A stretch of 64,000 nucleotides of DNA from Ascidiella aspersa (lineage: Eukaryota). The notes below the pieces were generated by a model. The model saw only the letters and a program-made list of their open reading frames with translations. It did no database searches and was not told the origin of the DNA. The DNA lies in contig OZ004611.1 of NCBI GenBank assembly GCA_963924565.1, positions 21,018,001-21,082,000 on the forward strand, read 5' to 3'. Below are positions 10,701 through 24,200 of this stretch, one piece after another. A program made the translations under genes and the position numbers. Position 1 is the first letter of the stretch; every line of letters starts with the position of its first letter.

Positions 10701-11203
10701 ATTTTGACGATGGCAGTTGCTCAATGCCATGATGACAAACGCTGGGTTCGACTTTGGTGTCATGACCTCTAGCGACCGGTCGATTAGAACCGAAATTATT
10801 AAAAGATTGCCACGTTGCTGCATGCTGTACAAACTGCAGTAGTAAAATCCTATTAGGAAAACATTGACAACCAACAAGTCAAATCATTGGAGTTAACACC
10901 TTTTTGTAAAGACATCCTTTCGAGTTACCCACACTTTAGACAGCGCTATCATCAAAGAAAACAAACATGCAATTTTTGAAAGTCAAGTTCGTAAAAATAT
11001 CTTGATGTTTTTCTCTTGTCAAAAAGCTAGTATAATTTATTAAAATCTTCTACTCAACCAATTTCGGTTTTGTACTTTGACGGCTTAATAAAAAAATGTA
11101 AAAATGTAAAACAAAAACACGAGAAAATGTACGTAATTTCGAAGTGTACAAATACAACATCACATACCATTGCCAAAAACATAGCGAACGGAACATTGTG
11201 GAG

Positions 11204-12018
11204 CAGCGGTTCTTAACCAGGGGCGAGTAATTCTTATGGGGACGCGAGCTCTACTTCAATATTTATATTTTTTGCTGTGATTTTAAGGGTTTTGTTTGGG
11301 TTGGGACCACTCCTACAGCTGTACTAACTCTTTTGAGTCAACTTTATGATTGAAACTGCCAAAATTTTGCCGATCCGCGCCAATCTTCGATTTATTACAT
11401 TTGTTAACTTTTTTTTAGAGTATTTTTGAGTGCCATTGCGTGTTTTCTGTTTTTTGGAATTGCCCTCATCGAAGGTATAACGGCCCTCTGTAATTTCAGC
11501 TTTGCTAACTTATAGATAAATGATAAAAGTTACCCCCCTTTCGAAATATTTTATGTCCATAGTTTATGTACGATATTAGGCTTGAAAAAGGTATACTCGA
11601 ACTTTTTTGAGAGAATCTATATATTTTTTGCAATATTGCCGTTGTATAGTATGTTGTTACATTTTTTGAAAAACGATAAGCAAGGTTTAATTTTTGAGCT
11701 TGACATTTTTTTTAGCTTGACATCGGTCGACATCACGGCCTTACAACTGTGGAGTCAATGCCCCAACACGTTTGTCGAAATCAGCTTGATAAGAATTAAT
11801 ATGTCGGGTACCAGCTGTATGTTGTGTGCGCATTACGAAGAGCCTCCTGAATGACAGTTTAACCAATTCAACCAGATAAAACTCAAGTTGTTTCTCTTTT
11901 TTTTGTCTCTGTGATAATTAATTACAAAATGCCGAATTGCTTTTCGTATTGGGTATAGCGCAATGCATAGGAAAGTTACCAAAGATGGGCGCGGCTGACA
12001 AAAGGTTAAGAACCACTG
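11204..12018. mobile_element. hAT-type MITE
   Basis: TIRs CAGCGGTTCTTAACC / GGTTAAGAACCACTG; degenerate TSD TTGTGGAG / CTATGGAG. Confidence 0.7.
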
Positions 12019-12730
12019 CTATGGAGGGTTACATAATAAAGTTATTGTTGATGGGATTACAAACACTGACTTAAAGGAAGCGCCAGAAAAGGGACTTTAC
12101 GGATGTACGGCGCACGCCTAACGGAAGCTAGTATTTTTGAGGTTGTATTTTTAGAGGTTCCCCAAATCGTTGTCGCAAACCCTGAATTGAATGTTTCGAC
12201 ATCCGATGATCAAAGGGGAAGTAGTTGTTGCTGTTGTTCACTTTTTAGGCAAAATTCCACAGCTAATAATAACGTTGTACTGTATAGATTTGATTTGTTG
12301 CCACAAAGTGCAAAAGGCGATTGCTGCAAAGTTGCGCAAGTGGTAGCCATGCGCAACTCCATGCCTGTATGCGGAGTTGCTGCTGTGCTGTAAACGAGTC
12401 ATTTTGAAATGACGTAAGTACAATTATTTTGCTAAAATAAAAGTCCCAGTCCGAGTCATTTTGAGAGTAAAACTTCAAGTCACGTCATTGACAAAATAAA
12501 TGAAACGTTTAACTATTAAAATTCGCGAACCCGTTTGATTATGAATAACTCGACTAAAAATAACAAAAAACACAATATACAGCTAGCAAACTGTTTTGAA
12601 GATAACAAACCAACTTTATTAAAAACACTTTAAATGAAAATATTTAATTTAAACCTAAGTTATTTGACACAATGACTTTAGTCCAAGTCAAGTCATTTGA
12701 AAACAGTGAATTGAGTGCATTGGCTTAAGT

Positions 12731-13159
12731 CAGTGGTCGGCAAACTTTTTTTGTCGCGGCCCAAAGTAGTCTTTTCAGAGCTATTAAAGGCCCACTACGT
12801 AAAACCACTACATAACAGCGGCTGATTTCGGACATTCGTTTTTAAGGTGAAATATAACACACATCGCCTTGGCGCCAAAAACACTGCCATATCATAATGT
12901 AAACCATACTATGAAACGAAGAATTTACGCGCGAAGCGCGAAAATTTTTTTAATTACATACAGTTTAAGTTGAAAACATATGGGTCGACAGGCTCCGAAG
13001 ATCACATTTGGCACGTGGGCGTTTCCAAGCGACTTCTAATATAAAGTGCAAATGAATATAGGACTATCAAGCGGCCCACAACCACATTATAACACTAAGC
13101 TATTCAAAAGTAACTCGCGGCCCACATTTGGGCCGCGGCCCACAGTTTGCCAACCGCTG
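12731..13159. mobile_element. hAT-type MITE (family also at 28666-29111 and partially at about 43230-43553), inserted into an AAGTCA-rich repeat
   Basis: TIRs CAGTGGTCGGCAAAC / GTTTGCCAACCGCTG; perfect TSD GCTTAAGT; internal sequence shared with the other copies. Confidence 0.85.
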
Positions 13160-16100
13160 GCTTAAGTGATTACAACACTGGTGTCTGGTTAATATTACAA
13201 CACTGGTATCAAGGGATAACAGTCTTAAATGTAAATCTTTTGTATGAATTCTTTTTTAAATCAGACACGTTTCGTATTGGTTTAACAGGTTAATCCTTAT
13301 CTTGTACTTGCAACAATAGCCAAGGTCGTTTGTTAAATCATTCCACAAGGCACTTATTTGTAACTTGAATTCAGCTATCATCAAAATAAAATTAATAAAA
13401 AAATTCAAGCAATTATTTGGTCAGAGTATAGTTTAGGTCTCTATTTCTATAATAACGTTGAATAGGTAATATCCAACTGCGCTTCGCAATCTTGTTTCAA
13501 TAGTTTTCAAATAATTCGGCGCCACGCCCACTAAATATCAGTTAATAGCAGTCTAAGTTACAGAAACTTTTTATGGTTGAATGCGCAAGAAAAACTTTGG
13601 CGTATTTTGTTCCTTTATATTTTAATTTTCGTAACGGTCCCGCTGAAATACCTTTCGCCGCTTAATTGAAAAAAATGCTTTCAATAGAGGGTAAGAGTAT
13701 ATGGTGCGCTTTTAGCATTGAAAAAACAAGCCTGACAATTGTATTAAGTTTGTGTCTCGTAATATACATTTCCGTCTTCATTCTTCTCTGTATTAAAATG
13801 TACCTTTGAAAGAAGTATTACACTTCCTGGAACAACGCGGCACACCTAGCATGGTCTTAAGCAGTGCTGTAAAGTCTCAGGTCAATGACTTGAATGAATT
13901 GACTTGACTTAAGTCTTTTGGGTAAAATTACTTGACTTGACTTTCGGGCAAGTGGCATGGACTAAATAAAGCGTTTTCATTAGGCATTTTTTCATTATAA
14001 AATTAAGGCTTTTATTTTACGTTTTACACGTTAAATCCACGTTAAATACTTTGCTTGTATTGTGTTGGAATTTTGTTGTCTTTAGTAGAGGTAAAGTAAC
14101 CCATGTAAATGAAATTTTATTTAAACCATATATTCCACTTGGCGTTTTCGTGTAATGTTCGGTTTTCAAGCTTGTATGTCCCAACTTACTTTAGAAAAAT
14201 GACCATAAAATCTAAATGAAACATTTTTTTTATATAAATCCATATCGAAACATACAATCCATTTAATTTTCCAATAATTATTAGGGTAAAGCACTGAAAC
14301 TTTCTGCTTAAACAAAAAATCGTTTGTGTGGCAATCCTTCCAGCTTGCAGAAGACCAAACTATTAACGGAAGTAGGGCGGTCCCATTCAAATTTCAAAAC
14401 TTGGCCCACTTAGATCAAAAAAAATTATCACCCAAGTGTTTTTCAAGCATGAAAATATGTCAAACATTTTGGCAGTTCGCGAATAGGCATAGGATACGAC
14501 AACCGCAATGTATCGAGTTTTCGCAAGGGAAATTACGACACGCTGAAAACAGGTTGCAAATCTTTGAAATTACACCGTTTTAATTTTAGTTTTTTGACGG
14601 TTGATTACTACTTATTCGTTCTTGTTAACGGATTGAAGCTCTGTGAGCTGGTCAATATAAATATAAGAAAGACCTTTTGGTTAAACTAAGAACAATGAAA
14701 GCAGGAACCTCTGATCTTCAATAGGAAGAAGAACAAAAACTACTTTTGTGAGCTAATATAAGGGAAAAGTTTGTGCAACAACTACCCGTTAAAATGTGCA
14801 AAGTTGTTTCTTTCACATGTCAAAACTTTACCATATATACCTAATGTATAGCCTACTTAAAGCTATAAAACAGGAGATCCGTTAGTTTTGCTCAAATCAG
14901 CTGTTCGCATTAAAATGACTGGTTTAGTGGGAATCCTGGGCATAGATTGACAGAAATATAATGTTACCAGCTGCACTCGACGTCCAAATTAAAAAAAAGT
15001 GTTCACTTTGCCGACAGATTTTAGCTTTTAACCCACGGTGTTAAATTGGTGTTGCTGTTCGGATACCCTGTGCCGTTTTTAGTGCGGTCTTAAGTGCAAA
15101 GCAACTGCAACTTTAAGTGTAAAGTAAGGGCAAAGCGTCACTTTTTCGCCATTCTTCGGGATACATTTTTGCAATTAATAAAAATAGTGACAAGCGGATG
15201 TAGAATGCGTTCTTTCAAACCCCGGAAACACTAAACAGTTACTGAGCCTGCACGGTTGTCGTGCACGATTTTTATCTACTCGTCTTTAGAACTCAGTTTG
15301 CTTGCTGGAGAGTTTAAAATGATCTTTTAATAGATTTTAACGAAAACCATGAATATAACACCATACTTTTTTCTGGGTGATCTGCTATTGCAAAAAAAAT
15401 GATTATCGTAAACGTCTCTTTCGCGAATCCTGGCATATCCACCAAGGGCCGGTTACGATAGAAATAAAAAAGGACGTTTTATTTCCAGTTCCGTACCGAC
15501 AGTTCTTATAAGACGTCGGTCTGGCATCGGTCGTGAGTTGTGCGTGGTCGCTCTTACCGCTTTTTATTTTTGAACGTTGTTTAGCGCATTTTTTCTCCTT
15601 TTTTTCTTTCTGTCAATTTACTTCGCAGTGTTGTTGGGCGTGGCGGGTTACATTCCTTGATGAAGGCTTTCTGAATAGCCGAAACGTTGGACAAACAAAT
15701 ATATACCGGAATATCTTACTTTTAGTAAACCACCATACATATGTCTTCACAGTAAAATGAATAAAATGTATAAAGCTATGAAAAAATTAATGAAATCGAC
15801 ATATCATATATGCACATTTGCTAAGAAATATGCAACGCTCTTTACTTGTTTTAGTTTTCCTAAACCCTAAACGTAGCCCTATATTGCATTTTGCAGTAAT
15901 GTTTTGGTGCTGTTAGCTTAAATACAGTTTCTCTGTAGAGGAGTTTAAATTTCGTTTCCGCCACAGATCAAAACGTTAATGTGTCAGTATATAAAATTGC
16001 CTTGTAATAGCTAACGTCGATGACAATTTCTGACAAAATTTGATGTATGCTGATCACTTTTTCTCGCGAACGACACGCAAAAAATAGTCATTTCTCATTT

Positions 16101-17427
16101 AGAGTAGTTCGCAAAATTAGGTTTAAAATTAGTTTAAAACAAAAATAAACCACACGATATTGTCACAGTTGATAATACAAACGATTTTGGTCTAAAAATG
16201 TAAATAATATCACGGCAGTTGGCTAAACATTTTGTTAATAGCAAGTTTTGCTTTATATTTTTCTAAATATTTGTATTATTTTACGAAATTGTATTTTATT
16301 CTTTGTGGGCATTGCCTCCCAGTGGTAGTTTTTCTAATTAGATTTTATGTACCTGTCGTACGGAAATGTTAGTTTATTTTCTAAGATTGTTTTTGCAAGG
16401 CTATAGCCGTTATACTTCAAGTTCTAGGTCAATTGTAAAAGTTTTACAGAGCAGTAGTAAACGGGAGACTTCCTCAGACTCTGAATTAGCATCTCATACA
16501 CCTGACTTTATTAGCTTATAGCGGAAAAACGTGGAAAAATATCGATTACACAGAAAATTTATCACAGAAATTTTTTACTGAGAAGGTGACGTTAGCTGGA
16601 CAAAACGTGATAAAAACATTTATTGCATTGAATTTGAGATGACGTCACAAAGCAGCGTCATACCGTGACGTGGCAAAGTTTCTTAAAAGTTTGACGTCAT
16701 AATGAAGTGGCTTTAAGAACACTACACGCTTCGCTTATTTGGTTACAGTTTTAGGTTGGAGAGGTTTTACTTTCAATATAAAAGATGCATTACAAAGATA
16801 TTATCGATTCACGCAAAGCATGACGCCTTTTGACTAAACGATTTACGAAAAATAGGCTAGACATATTTAAACCACACCTAGTTGATGGTAAATTTGTAAC
16901 GATTTGGGCAATGACATTTGTGATTTGTTACAACCATTTACCCAACTTTAGTAGCTATGCTGGAACCGTAACAAACAATCAAAAACCAGTTCATTCCAAG
17001 CACCGTGTCTAGTAATAGATTTCAATTTCTGCTGTCTAAATAGTAATTTAATCATGCGAATAATCCTAAAAATGCTAGCTAACAGTGTTATGTTGATAGG
17101 CTAATAATTTTCATGAAACACCACGACCAATCTTATGAAAGAAGCTATCAATAAAAGTGCAAGATTAGAAATCCTCGGCGCAGTCAAACGTAGCCGCGTA
17201 TTTCGTGGGAATTCAACGTGAAATTAGTTCAGCTGCGTAAACGTTAGTCAGCAAACGCGAAAAACTTAGGCCGTGCGGCGTGCGTAGAGTTTGCGATAGT
17301 AATTCGTTTACAGCCACGCAAATGTCGGAAGTAACGTTGTTCCCACCTCGCAAATTTAAGATTGACAGCTGCCGAAACATCTTCCTTGTGCAATATACAA
17401 GGGTTCAATCTAAGCAAGTATATAGAT

Positions 17428-17804
17428 CAGGGATGTCCAACCTGCGGCCCGCCTAATGTTTATGTCCGGCCCACCACTTATTCTTACTTTCTAGCCTTTA
17501 TTTAAGGCAATTGTTTCGACTATCATCAAAATGTGTAAAACGCGCAGTATTTGATGTAGACCTAATCTAATATCTTTTCTGATACTATAATGGAGTCTAA
17601 TGTTGTATTTCAAAATCCAGCAAACACTTGCGCACCACCCATCATCGTTAAGCAAGATGTGTGTTTTTATACGTTAAGTAGTTTTATGACGTCACGATAT
17701 GACGTAACTATGACGTCACACCTTTAATTTAATGGGTTTCGCGGCGCATCGAAATTTTTAAAGTGGCAATGCGGCCCATTCTGCTAAAAGGTTGGACATC
17801 CCTG
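17428..17804. mobile_element. hAT-type MITE upstream of GCLC
   Basis: Perfect 15-bp TIR CAGGGATGTCCAACC; perfect TSD ATATAGAT. Confidence 0.9.
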
Positions 17805-18270
17805 ATATAGATGGATCTATTGTGAAATTTAAGGTCGCCTGGTTCTCAACCAGTATATGACACAATTAAGGCTTTGTAATATCGGTATGATTGGTGTACA
17901 TATTATGTAACATTTGTATCAACATAAAGTAACAAGAAAAAACATTAATCGTAAAACAATCTGTTGCAGACTTTTTTTGGTATCCCTCGTGAGCGTCAAC
18001 TAGGGCGCCGGAAATATTGCCTGTCATGCATAGTGTGCCGCCGGCTATTCAACTGACAACAATGCTGTTAAGTCTCGGAGATATGTTGTAACCATTACGA
18101 GTATTTAAGTGAGTTGTTTTCGTTTAAAGAAAATTTCGTTACACCCTACATTACGCCAACATAGAAAGAATTGAAAGGTAAAATAGCTGTCAATCTTAGT
18201 TGTTACTGTGAACCAATATTCTGCCGTTTTAAAGATTGTTTTCATTGCTGTAGTTATAAAAGTTATAAAC

Positions 18271-21200
18271 ATGGGACTGCTTTCATTTGATGGCGAGCCG
18301 TTAGACTGGGAGGACATAAAGGATCACGTGGACTATGTCAAAAAACATGGAATCACCCAGTTCATTTATAACTTCCAACGTTTGATGCAAAGACCGGAAG
18401 ATATACTGAAATGGGGAGACGAGGTAATTCGTGTAATAGATAGCATTTTGTTACTAACTTGCTGCCACTGTCGCATGACATAATATATTTTGTCAAATGT
18501 TGTTACCTTGGACTCAACCATTTTAACTGTTTGTTTTTTTGTTTGTTTGGCGATACACAAGTCATATAATTTACAATAAAACAGACTTTACAGACAATTT
18601 TTATTTGGGTCATTTTTTATTTCAAAACTGTTATGTTTTCAATAAATAAATCGTTTTTTTTTTATTTTTTCAGGTTGAGTTTATGATCGTTCGATTTGAT
18701 GACATAAATAAAAAAGTGCAGCTATCTTTACACGGAAACCAAGTCTGCGAAATCTTGCAAGAGAGAGAAAAAAAATTAAACAGGTTAGTAATGTTGTGAC
18801 TTGTGGGTCAGCGAAATTTTGAACGATTTTCAACCTTGGACAAACTTTTTCAATAATTTTAAACAAAAATCATGATGTGTGTTTGTAACTATCCGGTTTA
18901 GAAGTTTTATTAGCTGCACAAACCGTTAGCATATTAGTAATTAGTCAACAAAAATAACTAATACGTTTGCCAGATAAACAACTGATTTGTTCTAGACTGC
19001 TATCCTATATTTTTTATATAAACGGGCTTGTATATCCTGTTTTCCCTAATTTGCAACACCGATGTTTTTAATCAAATATAGTTTTACAAACGTTTTAGGC
19101 TTTTCGCAATACATGTGCTTTGGTAGCTAATCGCTTATTAGGTCGTGCTATGAGCGGATTAGGTTGGGACCTTTAAACTATTTGTTTTTACAACTAACTA
19201 TACTGCTCTGAAGTCGCGCAATCGTTGTGTGCCTTCAACGTGTGTTTTTGTGGCCGAATTGAATACCACAACACAAACCTGAAGAACGAATTACTTAAAA
19301 AAAAAATATTAATTGAGATCCCATATCGATTTGCTTTCAACTGCAAAGTTCGGCCATGATAAGCAGCTGGAAGCCAATTTGCAACAAATATCATCAGGCT
19401 ATTCCTGGTATTTCTATTTTTGTCCTTAATATTTAAATTTATATAAGTTAATTGCAATAGAGTACTAATGAGGTTGAGTTTTGCGTTTTACTCATCACAA
19501 ATCGAGTGCCTTATGAAAATGTAAAATCGACACCAAATGACCAAGCGGCGTAACCAAGCCACCGTTTTTATGTTTCTTATTTGACCTAGCGTAAACACAT
19601 TTAACTTTTATAACATTACTCATAAACTCACATAACATTATATTCCAGTACCTGATATTATAATTTATAATAAAGCCTACAGCGAATTAACCTGACACCT
19701 ACGAAGATTTAAGCATCTTAACGGTTAACAGAGAATTATAGCATCAAATAAAGCCTAATTATTATGCGTTTTTTTATTTATTGGACAAACAGTCTATTGG
19801 TAGGCTATGTCCACAAGCGTTGGCTCTATAGTGTTAAAGTGTCTGATTCGTGCTGCCTTAAACTAAAGACCACAAAAGTCTAACTCGAGGGTATTTATTC
19901 CTAGATTGATGTCCCTGTGGCAACCTGAATACGCAAGTTATATGATCGAAGGAACCCCTGGCATACCGTACCTTGGATTTGTATCCCAGTTTACCGAAGT
20001 GGAAGCAAACATGAGACAGAGGTAGTTGGTTGTGCATGTTCAAAGAGACAATTCATGTTATGTGCATTGCCCAGTTCGACCGGTTTTTTGTTATAGGTTA
20101 ACGGTTGTAATTGTTTGTTACGTGCTCTACGTGGTTACGAGGTACAATGCCTTGTTGGCAGTGTTTTTCGCCCGGTCTGTGTAATTGGAAGCCTCTCTTT
20201 CGTAACTTCATTTGACATTTCGGTTACTGTTAAAGGTACTAATCGCTGATTTTGAATGAACTTACCTGACGTAAAGGAAAAGAATAAAATTACTTAACTC
20301 ATTTGACTGAATTCTACGAAACAGAACCTATGGAGTTTAGTAACCGCATTTGTAAGTATAAGTTTAGTATTCGTTTCAAGATATACATGTTTCTTCCGCA
20401 AACTGTCCTTACAACTGTGATCTCTGCTCCGTTCTATTCAATCTTTCAGAAGACAAGCCTATAAATACCCGAATATCATGATTGGTGGGTTAATCTAAAT
20501 GTGTTTACCAGTTGTTTAAAATTTGAGCCGTATATCATTTCGTTTTAGGCGAAAAGAAGTACAAAGTGTGCTGGAGCCGGGCGAACGAATTATGACCATT
20601 TCCGTGTTTCCAAGGTATGACTATATACTTAATCTTATTTAAGGAACAATGTTATACATTTATAAACGTAAGTTAGGGTATTACTAGAATGGTTTAAAAA
20701 TGGCCTTGTTAAAAACATTTTCGTTTTAAAATTCATGTATTCGTTTAACGAAAAGGTATAATTTTAAGGGCGTTACACAACTGTACAAAGTAAAATCTGG
20801 TTTAATCAAAGTGAACTCAAACTGAACCCGAATCAGATTTTTAAGAACCTGTTTTAACCTCATTTTTCTCAAATCGTTACCGAACTTAAACGCTTTTTAT
20901 GAATTTAATTAGACGAACCAGAACTGAACCTGACAAAAAGCTGTACACTCAAATAATACGGCACAACTTATAGGCTACTTAGCTTTGAGTGTCAAATTCT
21001 ATCATGATCGAATTTTGTGCAGTTTGCAAAATATAAAGAATGTTTGTCTATGTGAAAGAGAACAAACTTTTAGTCGTTAACCTAATTGCATATATATTCT
21101 GGTGAAATATTAAATATGTGTTAGACTAAAAAATTTTTCTCAGGGGTAAGTTTAGAAAGAATGAGGGAGGTTTAACCGTCCGGTTAGGCTATTAATAAGA

Positions 21201-24200
21201 AAAATAGTATACTCTACAAAAGCGCGAAAATTGTTTAAAAAAAGAATGCTCGCATATTCTTTAAATAAAATGTTGTATTTTTAGTGGTCAGAGGTTTTTT
21301 TTATTTTTTAATGAAACATAGATTAAATACGAGTTTTAATATGTTATATCCATTTATTGACCCACAGTTTCAAGTTTAATTCAGGTTAGATTGAAACCGA
21401 GCCGGAACCTTATAACACCTGTTTTATGATCGAACCGGAGATGAACCGCTCCGAACCCAAAAACGAAAATCCAAACGAATTTTGAACCGAAAAATCGCTT
21501 TTTTTGAGTAAAACACATTCAGTAATGCTGATATATATAAATTTATTGCTTTTTTGTTTTTGTTTTTCATGTTGTCTTGTTCCAGACTCGGATGTCCTGG
21601 TTTTACTTACCCAATACACGAAATTATTGGACCCGAATCGAATCCCGTGTCAAGGTCTCTCTTCTTTCCCGATCAAGCTATAAGCGGACATCCTCGATTT
21701 CCGTAAGTTTACCGTCAGCTGGACTTTGTTTAACTATAAAAATAAATATAACTGAGTCAGGTCCAACGAATCTCTGGACTGTTGATCACAATCCAGAATA
21801 AAACTTAAAAAAGTGTACGTAAAAAACACAATTGTTTCCACGTATTACTATATGCTGGCAAAGTTTCTATGTAAATAGATCACCTGAACATTTTTATGAT
21901 GCTGCTTGTTTCATGGACCACAAGTAGGCTTAGCTATTCAAACGCATACAAGAACAAAAAACTAGCAGCGCTCAGCGCAATCCACATTTTCAACTTTCAC
22001 ACAACTTGTACCTTTCCGCAACCTAACACACAGCATTCTCAGCGCATTTTTGCAGTTTTGTTTTGTTAACTTTGATAAGAGCTTTTGACTCAAAATCATG
22101 AACTGGCTAGTAACTAACTGTTACGATGTCGTGTTTCACGTAACTCAAAGATCGTGCTTTATACAAATTACTGTTTAACCCTTCGTGTCTTTTGGACCTT
22201 TCGTACACTATTAGCCGTATAATATTCAACTTCATATTTCATTTTTTGGACTTCTTTATTTTAAGGTATCTGACGAAAAATATACGTAAGCGCCGAGGGG
22301 AAAAGATTGCAATCCACGTTCCAAGTAAAAATTAAGCTTTGTTTTGTTGAACGCTTACTATTTTTTCTATTTTTTTATATATATGTTTTGGTATATATAT
22401 AATTTTTCACAAGGTTATGCGGGTTTCATTGTGTAATCCTTTTGTTATTATCTGTGGATTTCCGATTGTTAAAACTGTAAATCAGGAGGACAAATTGTGC
22501 AGTTTCTCAATTACTTCTTTCACGTCAAGCATCCATAACAAACAATGTAGTGACCTTTGGGGTGCCACAAGCATATATGGTTTTAATTATGTTTAAGTTC
22601 ACTTTAGATTGGTTTTCACTATACTTGTCCTAACTTGTCCCGTTTAGTAAATATTTCTGAAACGTGAGCAGAGGGCAAAAAAGATTTGAAAACCTTTGAA
22701 AGGGGGCATAACTCATAATTAATTCAGGATATAACTGTAATTTGCCACAAAACAGAAAATGCCTTTATTGCAGTTCAGTAAATCACAACAGCTATAACCA
22801 ATAAAAAACGACAAACGACCCGCTCTTTCCGTCTTGTAGTTTTTTATAGCTTTGCGTCGGTGATGTGGTATATAGGTAATAAATACGTCTCTCGGGGCGA
22901 AAGATGCATTTCAAAACGCGTCTTAAACAGCCTGACTCACACCTAAGGCAGCAATTCAATTATAACCTATCAGTGACTTGCGACATGACGCTACAAATTT
23001 GCTGCAGTATTCAAAGACGAACGTACTCCGTCGCCATTCATCGAAAAGTTTAATCACCCTGACGCGACTAAAGCGGCCAAGCCCGACCACATTTACATGG
23101 ACTGCATGGGATTCGGAATGGGCAACACTTGTCTGCAAGTCACCTTTCAAGCTTGCAACGTCCAGGAAGCCAAGTTTCTTTACGATCAACTGGCGCCTGT
23201 TTGTCCCGTTATGGTGGGTATACGGCGCCTCCTTACCGAACTATTTATAAGAACAATGATGGCAAATTCAAACACTATACTCTTGTATTACTTTACGTAT
23301 GGTTACGAGAAAATACGGACGTGTGGTTACGCGAAAACACCCATCATTAAAATACCAATAATGCATGCTTTCGAACTGGCTGGTACCAGATTGCTGTAGT
23401 CCGGTACAACAATGACATTTGTATGGTTTTCACTGGAAAAATACAATATCTGTGAACAGTTGAACACCCATCCTAAAGAACTTGATAACAACTGGTTTAG
23501 GCGGGATTTAATATTTGTTGATGTTAAACTTTCTTATTGTTTATTGTACATTCTGGTATTTTGAACATATAAATTAATTGTAGGTATTTAACTAAAACAT
23601 ACATATACACATTGACATAGTGCGCATTTTGTGATCAAGCCCTTTTGGAGTTGTACTGACCAACGATAACGGCATCCGTAAATTCCATGATATAGCACCA
23701 GATGACATAAGAAAGGCTTATCTAAATCAGTCAGCCTAATCGGGATTGTAGTGCAAGCAAGGTTAGTTACAATAGTTGTTTTTTTAGTATGTCCTTTTCT
23801 TGCACTACAATCCTGATCAGGCTGAATGATTTCGGTAACCCTCTCCGAAGGCGCCCTGTACTATAGGCATCTTGTATGTACAAACTTTTAAAAACTTTTG
23901 ATATCACTATATTAAACAATGTTTCTCGGGCCACGGATGATAATATTGGGCCTTTGTTTGGACCTTACTGTTTTAAAACATCCGGAAATATGCTTGTTTT
24001 AAAACATCCAGAAATATGCCCGAAAATATGCGAATGTAAACTTAATATTGAACTGCATCATCATCAGGAATGTCTAGCAAGCACGTGGTATAAAAAACAT
24101 TCTTTAAATACAAAATAACTGTAATAAATCGAGAATCGAACGTTACATATTACTGGAAACTCCATTAACGTATTTGCAATCGCAATTCGGCCTCGGTGCT

